In this document: positions 52,497 through 64,000 of the stretch, piece after piece | Layout of the letters: every line of letters starts with the position of its first letter | Position numbering within the stretch: the stretch's first letter is position 1 | Assembly (NCBI GenBank): GCA_051294905.1 | Contig: CM119371.1 | Location: 31,064,001 to 31,128,000, forward strand | Reading direction: 5' to 3' | DNA: 64,000 nucleotides | Source: Botryllus schlosseri | Taxonomy: Eukaryota | The notes under the pieces: model-generated | Told to the model about the DNA's origin: nothing | Databases searched by the model: none | The model's input: only the letters and a program-made list of their open reading frames with translations | Made by a program: the position numbers and the translations under genes

Positions 52497-53462
52497 CAGG
52501 GGTGGGCAAACTACGGCCCGCAGGCCGCATGGGGCCCTCAACACCGTTCTGTGCGGCCCGCGAGAGTCTAAAGAAATAGTTATTAAAAATATTGATGCGT
52601 ATTAAAAATCGAATTAATGCAGGGACTTCATTAAACTTTTTCTGAGTATATTTCATCATAATAATTCTAAGACGGTGGTTCTCAAACGGATGGGCGCGCC
52701 GCCCATTGGGGTAGTGAAAGCATCTGAAGGGGGCGCGAAGCTGAGCTCAACTGGAATTTTTTTCGCGCTCCGCGCGATTTACAAACAATTCCAGGGCCAG
52801 TACTTTCTATATTACTTTAATGTTCAATTTCTGACGCGACAGTCCGATCTCAAGGCCCACGCAGTTTGAAAGATTTCAACTGCTAAACATCACAGAAGTC
52901 CTAAACGAGATTGACATAATTCGGATCACGAGTGTGATTTCAGATTGGCCACTCCAGTTTCAATGGTGTGCTTATAAAAACGATTCGCGCGTGTAGACTC
53001 GTTCTCTGTATGCGTACAATTAGGGTATTTATATTTTATCTACATATAGTAAAAGCGTGTTTGAAGCTGCCATGGTTATGATGCTGTCAGCATTGTGTGT
53101 CCTGGAGCTATACCAAAAGTGGAATTGGGAAATCTATGAACAGATCGCTGCTCACAGATTTAAATTCCAATCCTGTCCTAAGAATTGGGACAACCGACTT
53201 TCATCTCTATAGTTTTGACAAATTGGTTATTGCGGTCGACCAGCCCATGGAATCTCGCCACTGTTTCTCACGCTTGTACGAAATCATCGAAGTAATGTTT
53301 GATTTGTTTTAAATAAGGATATGTATTATCTCCATGTGATCACTGTATAATCAAATATCAATATTACGTTATGGTTTATAATCCCAATTTTATATAGTGC
53401 GGTCCGCGAATGGATTCAGATGGTGAATGCGGCCCGCGAGCTCAAAAGTTTGCCCACCCCTG
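52497..53462. mobile_element. Charlie/MER-like MITE, copy 1
   Basis: CAGGGGTGGGCAAAC / GTTTGCCCACCCCTG; exact TSD CTCTACAC. Confidence 0.94.
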
Positions 53463-53964
53463 CTCTACACGAATCAAATCATTGAAATTATTACTCGATT
53501 CAGATTCAAGTATACGAATCATAGCGCCCAGCCCTAGTCCTAGTACACCGAATACAAATGACGTCGCTTTCTTCTCACAGCCATGAAGAAACTCTCGAAT
53601 TCTACCGGTGTGTGACGTCAACGAGAGAGTAGCACAGTGGATAGCTCCTAATTGCTTCTGATCTTTTCGTATTTTACTACTTTTTGCTACTCCGGTACGG
53701 ATTCTGCGTTTACGTGACGTCCGAACTTGGCGTGTGAGATTCGAAATCAATACTTGAAACGACATTTCCCTGGATGTGACTCTATTGCATGATTTCCGGT
53801 TCGGAGACCGGATATTTTCTATAGTCACGAAACGTTTCCATTTATACATTGTCAAGGCCTTCGTGAGCCACTTTAGACTGCGATCACGTTTCATAGTCTC
53901 GTGAAAGCCTTGGAGGAATACTAAAGGAAGTGTTTATGAAATTCAACTGCGGCAACGCTATGAT

Positions 53965-55674
53965 TAGGCTTACCATACGTCGCGTTTTAGGCGGGATTGT
54001 CCCGCTTTTTAACGTCTGGTCCCGGCGTCCCGACCAGTCAGCCAAACGTCCCGCTTTTTCAGGCCGTACGGTACTGCTGGACTAACAAAATTTTCCAATT
54101 TCTTTTATTGCAGAATTCTTAAGTATTAATCTAGTTCTTTCCAAAAATGTATTGCTTTTGCCTGATTTCGAATTAGAAGTATGTTAAAATACGATTTAAA
54201 ATCAACCATTTTCGTAGAAATTCACCTCCCATGCAAGTTCATTTATTTAAACTCACTCAAAATTGTTATAATCCCTCTGCCGTGCTGATATTATACAATA
54301 AATAGAAGAGCCATATCTGTAATCGATAAGTAGGGGAGATGTGGTACCGATGGATCACTGGGACCGAAAATACTTGAAAAATTCTCCATGATAATTCCTT
54401 GATTACACTCCGGGAATTTGTCTACAATTACATGCTGACAGAATCTTTCCTCACATGCAAAAAAATTCGACCTTCATGAGTTGTGGGGTCTGTGACGAAT
54501 GATTTACGTCTTAGGGGGTCTAAAGTAAATTTGGATCGGCATTTTCATTTTTCTATATCACCTTTCAGACTAACAAACCCGCCATAATTTTTGATTTGAA
54601 GTATAGGGCTTGTATCAGGGTGCATAATGGCACATATTTTTTGAATCAATACCATCCTCGAGTGGACTATTTTCAAGTCAATTACAATATTTATGGGGTG
54701 GGGGACCTATGGTACCATAGCCAAATCAAGCAAAATAGATGGACCAACTAATCACTTAGCAACAGAAACTCGCCTACATATATATAGGCTGTAAATTATA
54801 GTTACCTGTGGTGTATTATCGCTATTACGAGGTATTTGAAAGTCAAAATGTCGATTTGCGGGTAATATGTATGTGGCATTAATTTTGTAAGTTTAGGCGT
54901 AAATCAAAACATGATTTTACGCCAACATTTGAGTTAATATAATCAATTTTATTCTTAAAGGTCGCGACGAAACATTCTTCATCGGCTTGCTGTAGCTTAG
55001 CTTATAGTACGCAACAAAACAAGTTACCAAATTTGAGTTTTTGAGCGTATGTCTCATTGGTCCCATGGTCGTGTGCCTTTGGACCCACCGGGTGGGGACC
55101 GATGACACGTTCGAGCAACAAATTTTAAACGTTTATAAATATTTTTCGAAAAGGCGGATATTCATGTAAATGTCCGCGATAGGTAGAGCTTGTATCGAAG
55201 TGTTGAGACAGCAAAAGATCTGCTATTCCCGACTGAAGATTTGAGGGCCAGAGATTATTTTGCGATTTTTGATCCATCGGTACCACATCTCCCCTAAGTA
55301 TGTTAAGTAGTTAAGTATGAATTGGATGTATATCACGCGAAGCGTGAAAAAAAAATTCAGTCGAGTTCAGCTTCGCGCCTCCCTTCAGATGCTTTCACGC
55401 CCCAAGGGGGGTGCCCACCAGTTTGAGAACCATTGTCGAAAGTTGATCAAGTCCCTTCATTGTTTCGATTTTTAGTTCACATTCTATCAATATTTTTGAA
55501 AGTTTCTCCAGACTCTGGCGGGCCTCATGCGGCCCGTAGTTTGCCCATCCCTGCGATAGACAAAGCTTTGCTAGTGTGACGTCATTCCAAAATGTGCTCA
55601 TATCTCATTTTGAAATCCGCAACTGGGCGCTCAAGTGCGTCCCGATTTTATGAAACAAAAATATGGTAACCCTA
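53965..55674. mobile_element. TAGGGTTACCA-type hAT non-autonomous element with nested inserts
   Basis: TAGGCTTACCATA / TATGGTAACCCTA; GTCCCG repeats; exact TSD GCTATGAT. Confidence 0.88.
54333..55294. mobile_element. Non-autonomous DNA element with GGGGAG termini
   Basis: Perfect 25-bp TIR GGGGAGATGTGGTACCGATGGATCA; flanked on both sides by TAAGTA. Confidence 0.9.
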
Positions 55675-56074
55675 GCTATGATGATGTTGTCAACGCTTTG
55701 GAATCAACCACGAAAGAGAGGCACAAACAGAAAAGCCGACACTATGATCGCCCTATCAATTGCTGCTGCCTATACCAGCGATTCCCAAACTGTGTGCAGC
55801 GGTACAATATAGGTTGCCTTCACTGATTCTGATGTGCCACGACTTTTTCTGGAACTTTTGAGTAACACTTACTGTGTAATATTGAAGATATAAGGGATGC
55901 AAACAAGCAGATGCGACTTAAAAGCGGCCCAACTTTTCAGCAGGTGCACATGTGTGATGTGTTCTGTCCACGTCAATCAAAAAATCGTGGCATTGCCGAG
56001 GAATCGGGTAATGTATATCACAATTGGGCTGCTATGTTTGTAAAAATTCTTTGATTCGTTTCACGTCGACTCAT

Positions 56075-56657
56075 AAACTAGATATCGTGCCAAAATTCAT
56101 GAGCATATTGTCCGGAACTGAAATCGCCAAGTTTATGTATCAGTTCCACTGCGGTCGTTGTCCCGAATATTTCTATGATTTCTTTACCTCGGAATCAAAA
56201 GCGCACAAGTACAACACACGCGCGTCCACGTCGTCCAAATATCATATGGTCGACCGAAAAGATCCGCTCAATCAAATATGCCGGACCTGATGTGTGGAAC
56301 AGAATCCCGCCGGCCATCCGACGTACAGTCGACGAGCATGTCCACATTCAAGTCGAAATACAAGCAATTACTACTAAATAAATACAGTCCATCCTCAAGA
56401 TTACCGGACCACGACTGACATATTTATCTCGCCCTCCCATGACATGCCACCCTATTTCTTGTCGCTTTCATTTTCTCTACTATCTTCTTTACTTTCATTC
56501 AATGTGCATGTCTCCTCTTTACATCGCCTAGGCCAAGGTGGGTGTCTGATTCCATAGACTACTCCAAGTCGCTTCGATATCGTCCTGTCTTTTCATTGTA
56601 TCGCATTTTTGTGGTGTATTGAACTGATAAAAAATTGCTAATAAACCAATGATGATG
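56075..56657 (+). mobile_element. 3' end of an L2/Crack/CR1-group LINE with (GAT)n tail
   Basis: IAKFMYQF...HKYNTR and RSIKYAGPDVWNRIP C-terminal motifs; 3'UTR ends AATAAACCAATGATGATG; second inverted copy of the 3'UTR at ~59430-59703. Confidence 0.85.
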
Positions 56658-57369
56658 GAACTCAACCTAAACCTCAATAATACTGTTCAGGATTTGCTGT
56701 ATACAAATAAAGGGGTGGTGGTGTTCAATCCATTCGGAATCCATAAATCAAGCTATCGTTTTGCAGAAAAAGACGAAGTCATTGATTTACGAAACGGACC
56801 GTTGATACTTAGTTTTCACTAGAAGTTTTGGATGTCAAAATCCAAATCCTATTCTTCGATAAGCGCCATCAAATTATATTTTCATTTGCACCTTAAACTG
56901 TATCTCAACGTGTTTTATTCTGTCTTGACTAAAATAAGTCGTAACCGGGAGACGCTGCATCCTTGGAAAACGACGAAATGTGGGTATGTTTGTCAACAAT
57001 TAAACCTGGCCTCAGTCGAATACATGTTCCCATAAACAAGCGTAGCCATCGCATTAGTCATAGTCGGCAATGCATTGACACGTGAATAGATCTTCTAAAC
57101 AACTTTCTAGTAAGTGTGCTACAAGCCGAAAAGGTTTGGGAACCACCGGCCAGAGCCCAGAACTCGGAGGTTACCGCTATTTTATCGAACTCAGTAAGCT
57201 TACAGAAACATTGGAATTGGGACTAGCCAATGGTTTCACAAAACCACGCACTGAACAATAATACGTGAAACTTGCAACAGAACTTCTATAACTTATTATT
57301 ATTATTATTATTGATGAAAAGTCGAGTGACGCTTTTCGCCTTTGAGGCCAGGTGCGTGACGGACTAGAA

Positions 57370-58089
57370 CAGGGGTGGGCAAACTACGGCCCACGGGCCG
57401 CATGCGGCACGCCACGCCGTTCTGTGCGGCCCGCGAGAGTTTAAAGAAACATTTCAAAAATTTTGATAAAATGCGTACTAAAAATCGAGTTGATGCAGGG
57501 ACTTGACTAATTTTTTCCTAGTATATTTCACCATGATAATTCTAAGACAGTGGTTTTCAAACCCCACTTGGAGGCGTGAAAGCATCTGAAGGAGGGCGCG
57601 AAGCTGAGCTCAACTGGAAAAAATTTGCGCGCTACGCGCGATTCACATCATATTCCTAGGTATTGATAGGTATTTAGTATGAATTTAGTAGAAGCGTGTT
57701 TGAAGCTAACATGGTTATGATGCTGTCAGCATTGTATGTCCTGGAACTGAGCCGAAAGTTGAATTGCTAAATCTATGAACAGATCGCTGCTCACAGAATA
57801 TTATTGAAATCCTGTTCTAGGAATCGGGCCAACCGACTTTCATCTCTATAGTTTTGACAAATTGGTTATTGAGGTCCCCCCGCCTATGAAGTCTCGCCAC
57901 TATATGTGTCTGACGCGTGTACGATATCATCAAAGCAATATTTGGATTGTTTTAAATAAGCACATATATTGTATCCATGTCCTCACTATATTGCGTTTTG
58001 GTTTATAATCCAAATTTTATATAGTGCGGCCCGCGAATGAATTCAGATGTTGAATGCGGCCCGCGAGCTCAAAAGTTTGCCCACCCCTG
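57370..58089. mobile_element. Charlie/MER-like MITE, copy 2
   Basis: Same TIRs as 52497-53462; exact TSD GACTAGAA. Confidence 0.94.
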
Positions 58090-58928
58090 GACTAGAATGT
58101 GCGGTCGGTACACCACGATGTTGGCGATATCCGATCTATAAGTATCCACCACACGCTATAACGAACTCTGCAACATGAGATAACATTTCGGGGATGGTCA
58201 ATAGATTTTCGAGTGCACTGTAAATCTAAAAGGTGGAAAAATGGTAGAAATAGTAGAGTCACCCAAAAATCGCTTATCGAGTCAATGCAATAGAACCACC
58301 TCCAAACAGCCCTCGAAGTCTGAAAATCGGCATTGTTCCGTTCCATTGTTATGTTCATTGTGTCGTGGCGCTGCCATTGTTGAAACAATGCCGATTTTTA
58401 TACTTTGCGGGCTGTTTAGGGGTTTTTCCTTGCTTTTAGTACTAGTACTCTCTGCAGAGTTGAGTCCAACAATATTTGCAATTTCTTCAGGGATCGTGGC
58501 ATATTGCCTTGAGGCAGAAGTTCAAGGACTATCGAAGACATTTGGAAGCTGAATTGGTGAATCAGGTGAAGCAGAAGTATGGTACAAACCGAAAGAATGT
58601 TGTTGAGGAAGAAGAAGCCAGCAGCTCTAGATGCAAAAGAGCCAGGGTTGTAAGTCCAGTTAATTTTTATCTTGGTTTTAAGATGAGCTAGTTAAACTCT
58701 TATTTTTCAGGATAATTTCTGTCCGGATTTTATTGAAGATCAACACATAAAAGATATGCAACAAGAAGTAAAAAGGAGGGAACCAAACCAAGTCTCGCTC
58801 CTAGACCGAATGAAGAGGACCCATCAACACCGCAGAAATTAGATTTTAGAAGGGGCTCAGTTATCGGATATACTCCTGATTTATCCAGCACGATGGGATG
58901 CTCAATGGGTAGGTACAATGGTATATAC

Positions 58929-61264
58929 TAGGGATGGTGCGAACGTGAGGTTCACGTTCGCGTTCTGTGTGTGAACCTCGGAAATTTAGAGGTTCTCGTT
59001 CACAACAGAACCTTGGTAGGTTCTGCACTGTGAACCTTTTTCGTGTATTATAATTTTCACCTCATTATAACATTTTTGGTTCAAATTTTTCGCATTTCAA
59101 CTGCGGGCCACTCTGTGCATGGCGCTGGTAGCATAAAAAATCAACACTAAACGAGCATGCACCTTGACAATCTCAAAAATGATACCAGCTTTGTTACAAA
59201 AGTTTGCTCGAAATATCCAGCTTTCCGTTCGTGAATATTTAGTGACTATATCTGCTGTGAGCTTGACCTGCAATCACACAACATCACAAGTGAAATACAC
59301 TACATTAGGGTTACCATATTTTTGTGAAGCAAATTCCGGACACTCTTTAGCGCCCACTAGCTGGTTTAAAAATGAGGTATAACACATTGAATGACAATAT
59401 GACGTCACACTAGCAAAGCGTTGTCAATCCTCATCATCATTGGTTTATTAGCAATTTTATCAGTTCAATACACCACAAAAATGCGATACAATGAAGAGAC
59501 AGGAAGATGTCGAAGCGACAAGGAGTAGTCTATGGAATCTGACACCCACCTTGGCCTAGGCGATGTAAAGAGGAGGCGTGCACACTGAATGAAAGTAAAG
59601 AAGATAGTATAGAAGAAGAATGCGACAAGAAATAGGGCGGCATGTCATGGGAAGCGAGATCGATAGGTCAGTCGTGGTCCGGTAATCTTGAGGATGGACT
59701 GTATACAGGAATGGAGTGAAACATAGGTCATGAATTGGGCCCTCTGTAGTGTGAGCTCTGCTGATTGCTACTTGCTATGGCGTGCAATAGATTTCTCCAC
59801 TGGTCTGGCGGGCCGTGCTTGGCCTGTCGGGATTGTGTTTGACAGCCCTGCTATACTGTTAGTTTGGCGCGGCTATCTCATTGTGTGTTTTTATTTTAAT
59901 CAGGTCCGAAACAACATTTTTTCCGCCCCCTTCCGTCCAAAAAAAAGCACTGATATCTAACCCACCACAGGGTAATCGATGTAACTTCTTCCGCAATTAC
60001 CATATGCATTTGGCTGTGAAAGTTTACGAATGAATACTTCAATAATATTGATTCTTCCATTAGGCCACTATAAAATGCACCAGCAGGTTGCACATCCGGT
60101 GATTTCCAACCTTTAATAGTGGCGACCTCATTTCAAACTTTAAAATGTTCCGTGGCCCAGCTAAAAACTTGATAAGCTGATTACTAAAAAAAATCAACTT
60201 GCCCAAACTTACTCCCGGCCTAGGACGGTGAATGCGTCCAACATCATCGCGATCCCCAGATAAAGGTAAACGACCCCAAGATTTGGAACCACTATCTGTG
60301 ACTAAGCATCCAATCGGCCTTGACAAACTCTAGTATTATACCGTTTGCATATAATTTCAATTACCATTAGACTTATTTCAGTAAATGATGGTAATTTATT
60401 TTGATTGCATTTTTTGGCGAATGTGGTGCCTGGTGCCTATACTAATATCAATATACGTTACATTACCTCGCGCGCAGCGCGAAGAAGAATTTCGAATATC
60501 ATAAATCTGCTTGGAAAAAATATTGTTTATGTTGATTTACGAAAAACTTTTGAGCCTACTTCAACCCTTCAAAATTCCGGACATTTAGGCATATTTTAGA
60601 AATTCCTCCCGGACGCAGATTTTTCAGTGAAATTCCGGACGTATGGCAACCCTACACTACATGTAGTCATCGAATGATGCTTATCAACCAATCAAGAAGA
60701 TTGATATCGTTTTCAGATGCAAAAATTCTAGCAGGCGTCAATCTTGACTTCACATGTTTACTGTATCATTAAAACCAAATCAGTCCGATTGAGGTGTTGG
60801 CTACCGCTGTATAACTTGTTAATGGGGTAATATGGGTAGCAAGTATAGAAACCCGTTTTACACTTTGCTCAATATCAATGTAGCAATACTCAGGCGCCGA
60901 ATACATTGTCAGATCTGGCCTATACCGTTAAGGCGTAAGCTTATATTTCCCCTAAGTCCTCGTCGAAATTCTTGGCAAAGTGACGGAAGATATTGATTTT
61001 ATGGGATTATTATATAATTTGATTGCTCCACTTGATAATTTGGTGACGGTTAATTAGTCAGTATGTAGCCTACTCCTGCATTGCGGCATAATGTGGTCCG
61101 AGTTGTCGCTAAGTGTTGTTTACATTAATAATCAACTCACTGAAATGCATGATTGGAATTAGCATTATGACGTCACGAGGTTCACGTTCGCGTTCACGCA
61201 GAACCTTTCAAAAAGGTTCGCGTTCACACGAACCTGAACCTTTCAGAGGTTCACACCATCCCTA
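58929..61264. mobile_element. TAGGGATGGTG-family element in an intron of the SAMD3-like ORF
   Basis: TAGGGATGGTGCGAAC / GTTCACACCATCCCTA; exact TSD GTATATAC. Confidence 0.94.
59306..60654. mobile_element. TAGGGTTACCA-type hAT MITE, nested
   Basis: TAGGGTTACCATA / TATGGCAACCCTA; exact TSD CACTACAT; contains a LINE 3'UTR copy. Confidence 0.92.
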
Positions 61265-61910
61265 GTATATACTATAAATTGTTATTGCCACAGGTGTATC
61301 ATATCTAATGTATATTAAGATGTTGAAAGAGGCTGAAACCTTGATTAGGTTTGATATTTTGAAGCGCACAACACAGAGCCGTTACAATATAGCTCAGGCC
61401 AAGATAAAGTGGTCTAAAGTTCCCGAGACTATTGAAGGATTACTAGGTTAGAGCATTATTTCATGAAATTGTGTGGCATTGCAAATTTTCCGCTATCAAC
61501 TTTTTTCGAATGAATTCAAGTGCAGTGGCTCTCTAACTTCTGCCGTTGCGATGCAATTGTAGAAACTTGTTTGACTTGCGCCGCACCAATAATCGTGGCT
61601 TTCACAATAAAATAGTCTCGTACCAGCCAGTTACAGTTGGATTCATTTCCGAAAATTACACGCGTTCAAAATAAATATCGGAATGCTAGAAGTGATCATC
61701 GATGGTTCTAATAACCTGTGTCTGCTTTATAGGTGATGAAGTGGTGGATTGGCGTGCTGGTATACCAACCATGGTTGGAGAAAGACACGACAATTTTCTT
61801 CATATTGGAGAGGTAAGCTGTTCGTAGATAGATGGTGTATAATATACATTGTTAAGAGTTAAGACTAACCAGTTAGTTAGTTGATGGTCAACTAGCTAAC
61901 GTTTTTTCGA

Positions 61911-62057
61911 TTAGTTGTAGTTCTAATTGCTGATTTTGAAAATTCAGTAGTTGTAGTTAGTTGCTGATATTGAAAATTCAGTAGTTCTAGTTCTAGTCGC
62001 TGATTTTAAAAATTTAGTAGTTCTAGTTCTAGTTGTTGATTTTGATTATTCAGTAGT
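61911..62057. repeat. ~34-bp tandem minisatellite
   Basis: About 4 units of tagttctagtt...gctgattttgaaaattcag. Confidence 0.8.
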
Positions 62058-64000
62058 TTGTATAAGTCTGGTTTCTACCTCGCCATCTTATCCGCGTAAG
62101 CGGTGTCTTACAAGAATCCTAGAAGTGAGCCGTGCTGCAAGTCGGCAAATACGGATTAAAAAATAAGGAACACCGGCCTGTTGTAAATGACCATAATGGT
62201 AAACCAGTGTTTCAAAATCAAGTCAATCCATATTTCTTATATGCCCTTACAACTTCTAGCAATATAAAGTCGCAAGTTTCAGTAGACCTGGTACAGGCGC
62301 CGCGCATAGCTTAAGTAATGGATTGGGGCTTGTGAGATTGAAATATACTTCATTGCAGCAGACTGACTGGTGACAAGATATTTTTGAAAGCATCAATCAA
62401 ATGAGCAACATTTTGTGACACAAATTCATGTTTATAACTTGTGCAGTGGTAATATAAATTGTCCTATGTGCTAAGCCTATCTTGATATCATAATGATCTG
62501 AAGTCCGAAGATTTCATAGTAATATTTCTTTCTGGTTTCTATATCTCCATATCCAACGATGGTCTACGATTTGCAATGGAGCCTGCACTTGGATGGAATC
62601 GTCTTCTCAAAAAACATTGAACGTTTTGATGAAGCACTTGCTCTTCTGATCGCAGCTCATTGGATATTTAACATCAAGTTTCAGAAGAATATCAAGGACA
62701 CTCTCACCTTTCTTTCGCCATACCTGCTAAAGCTGCCTGGCGTAGAGTTGACAAATCCTGTTGTGAGGGCTACCAATATGTTGGCATAAACAATGGAACT
62801 GTCATCATAGTTATGTAGGGTTAACATACGGAGGCTCAAGCGGGTCATTCGAAGTCGATTGTCAGTGCCGAATTTCTATTTTAGTCAACACCACTAAATT
62901 TAAGTAAAAATATGGTAATTCTGAACTCGTCACTTTCATTCAACACCAAAAGTTTTCCAGCCAAAAATAGCAAAATCGGCTGTCAGTCTTGATCAACTAA
63001 CTTTCCTGAATTGGTAAAATTGTCCTCCTTTTTCGATTCCGTAATATGGTAACCCTATAGTAATGACTGTTCGAATACGCATAATAAAATGCATGAAATG
63101 CCATACTTGTATGTTATTAATTGGATTTGTATTCTGCAGTATTGCATAAAGCAAAGATGTGTGGCAGCTGCCAAGATAGGTTGGGGTGGAAGGTATGTCC
63201 CCCATATAGGGTGGAGGGTATTAACCCATATAGGGAGGAAGGTAGTCCCCCATATAGGGTAGAGGGTACTCCTTCATATGGGGTGGAAGGTAATCCTCAT
63301 ATAGGGGGAGGGTATTCCCCCATATAGGGGTGATTGGGGGTGGAGTTGCATTCCACCATAAATGGTCAAAATGGTGAACCACTACTAATGGAGGAAATCT
63401 CCACCTTTTAGATTTACAGTGTGTTCTAGCTATTTTGAGTTCGCGCGCACTGTCGAATAAAAAGTTTCGATGAAAATCATATCGATGACAGTGCAGCAAA
63501 AAATGCTCGACCGCTTCAGGGACTATACAATGCTCGCATAGATCAGTATCGCTACATCCGATTTGTATAAATGCGCATTAAGGCGGCAATGACCTGAACG
63601 AAGCCGAAATATTAATCTTTCGTAGAGCCTATGTCGATGCTCTGCGCTCCTATTTTATAGGCTATCGCTCTAACCAATAAGCCGCTAGTTACACCTTTGC
63701 AGGTTAGTCAACAACACAATCTCGCTCTCTCTTCCAGTCTTTTATCCGCGTTAGCTGGAGCTTTATAGGTCATCGACGTAATAAATTGTCTGCTTATTGG
63801 CTAGTATCCAACACAGTGGACTTGGAAACGTATTCACAAATGAGATTGTGCCAAGCACGGAATAAAATGAGTTTTGGATGAATTTCGGCAACATTACCCA
63901 CATTAAACGATCGCTCTGTTTGCCACATCGTGACGGCTGCGAGCCAGACTGAAGTTCGAAGCAGTTCTTCCCAGTTTGGTTTCAAGCAGAATTCGATTCC

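Larger units (their letters stand above)
58491..62789 (+). pseudogene. Spliced SAMD3-like accessory ORF of the CACTA element (exons ~58491-58649, 58711-58907, ~61294-61447, ~61733-61812, ~62560-62789)
   Basis: SWHIALRQKFKDYRR; MKRTHQHRRN*I...DILLIYP; ALALLIAAHWIFNIKFQK..KDTLTFL. AG/GT boundaries; at least one in-frame stop. Confidence 0.7.
58216..63421 (+). mobile_element. CACTA/EnSpm (CMC)-type non-autonomous element
   Basis: Perfect 22-bp TIR CACTGTAAATCTAAAAGGTGGA; 2-bp TSD TG; ~21-bp subterminal repeats at 63198-63330; empty site in a paralogous repeat at ~51300-51330. Confidence 0.9.

Noticed and set aside
53442..53894. 150-aa minus-strand ORF or a further exon of the MAM gene
   Set aside because: No recognisable domain; the ORF ends in a MITE terminus and the plus-strand frames contain stops.

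Overview
This is AT-rich, repeat-dense eukaryotic genomic DNA, probably from a marine invertebrate. An ascidian origin is only a tentative inference from IAP linker motifs and 51-59 nt introns. Most ORFs in the supplied track are spurious. The window is mainly nested non-autonomous DNA transposons, many with exact 8-bp TSDs (hAT-type). It also holds a decayed Mag-like Ty3/gypsy element, LINE and SINE fragments, hAT and Chapaev-like transposase relics, a CACTA/EnSpm-type element carrying a spliced SAMD3-like ORF, and exons of a host MAM-domain gene. The main discovery is a 9.37-kb element (33086-42455) with Maverick/Polinton-type AGTAGT...ACTACT termini and a perfect 6-bp TSD (CGTATC). It is almost entirely one fold-back palindrome with a 165-bp spacer. 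It has no recognisable core Maverick genes and carries an intronless IAP (BIR) gene in each arm. All alignments were read by eye; no identities or database searches were computed.
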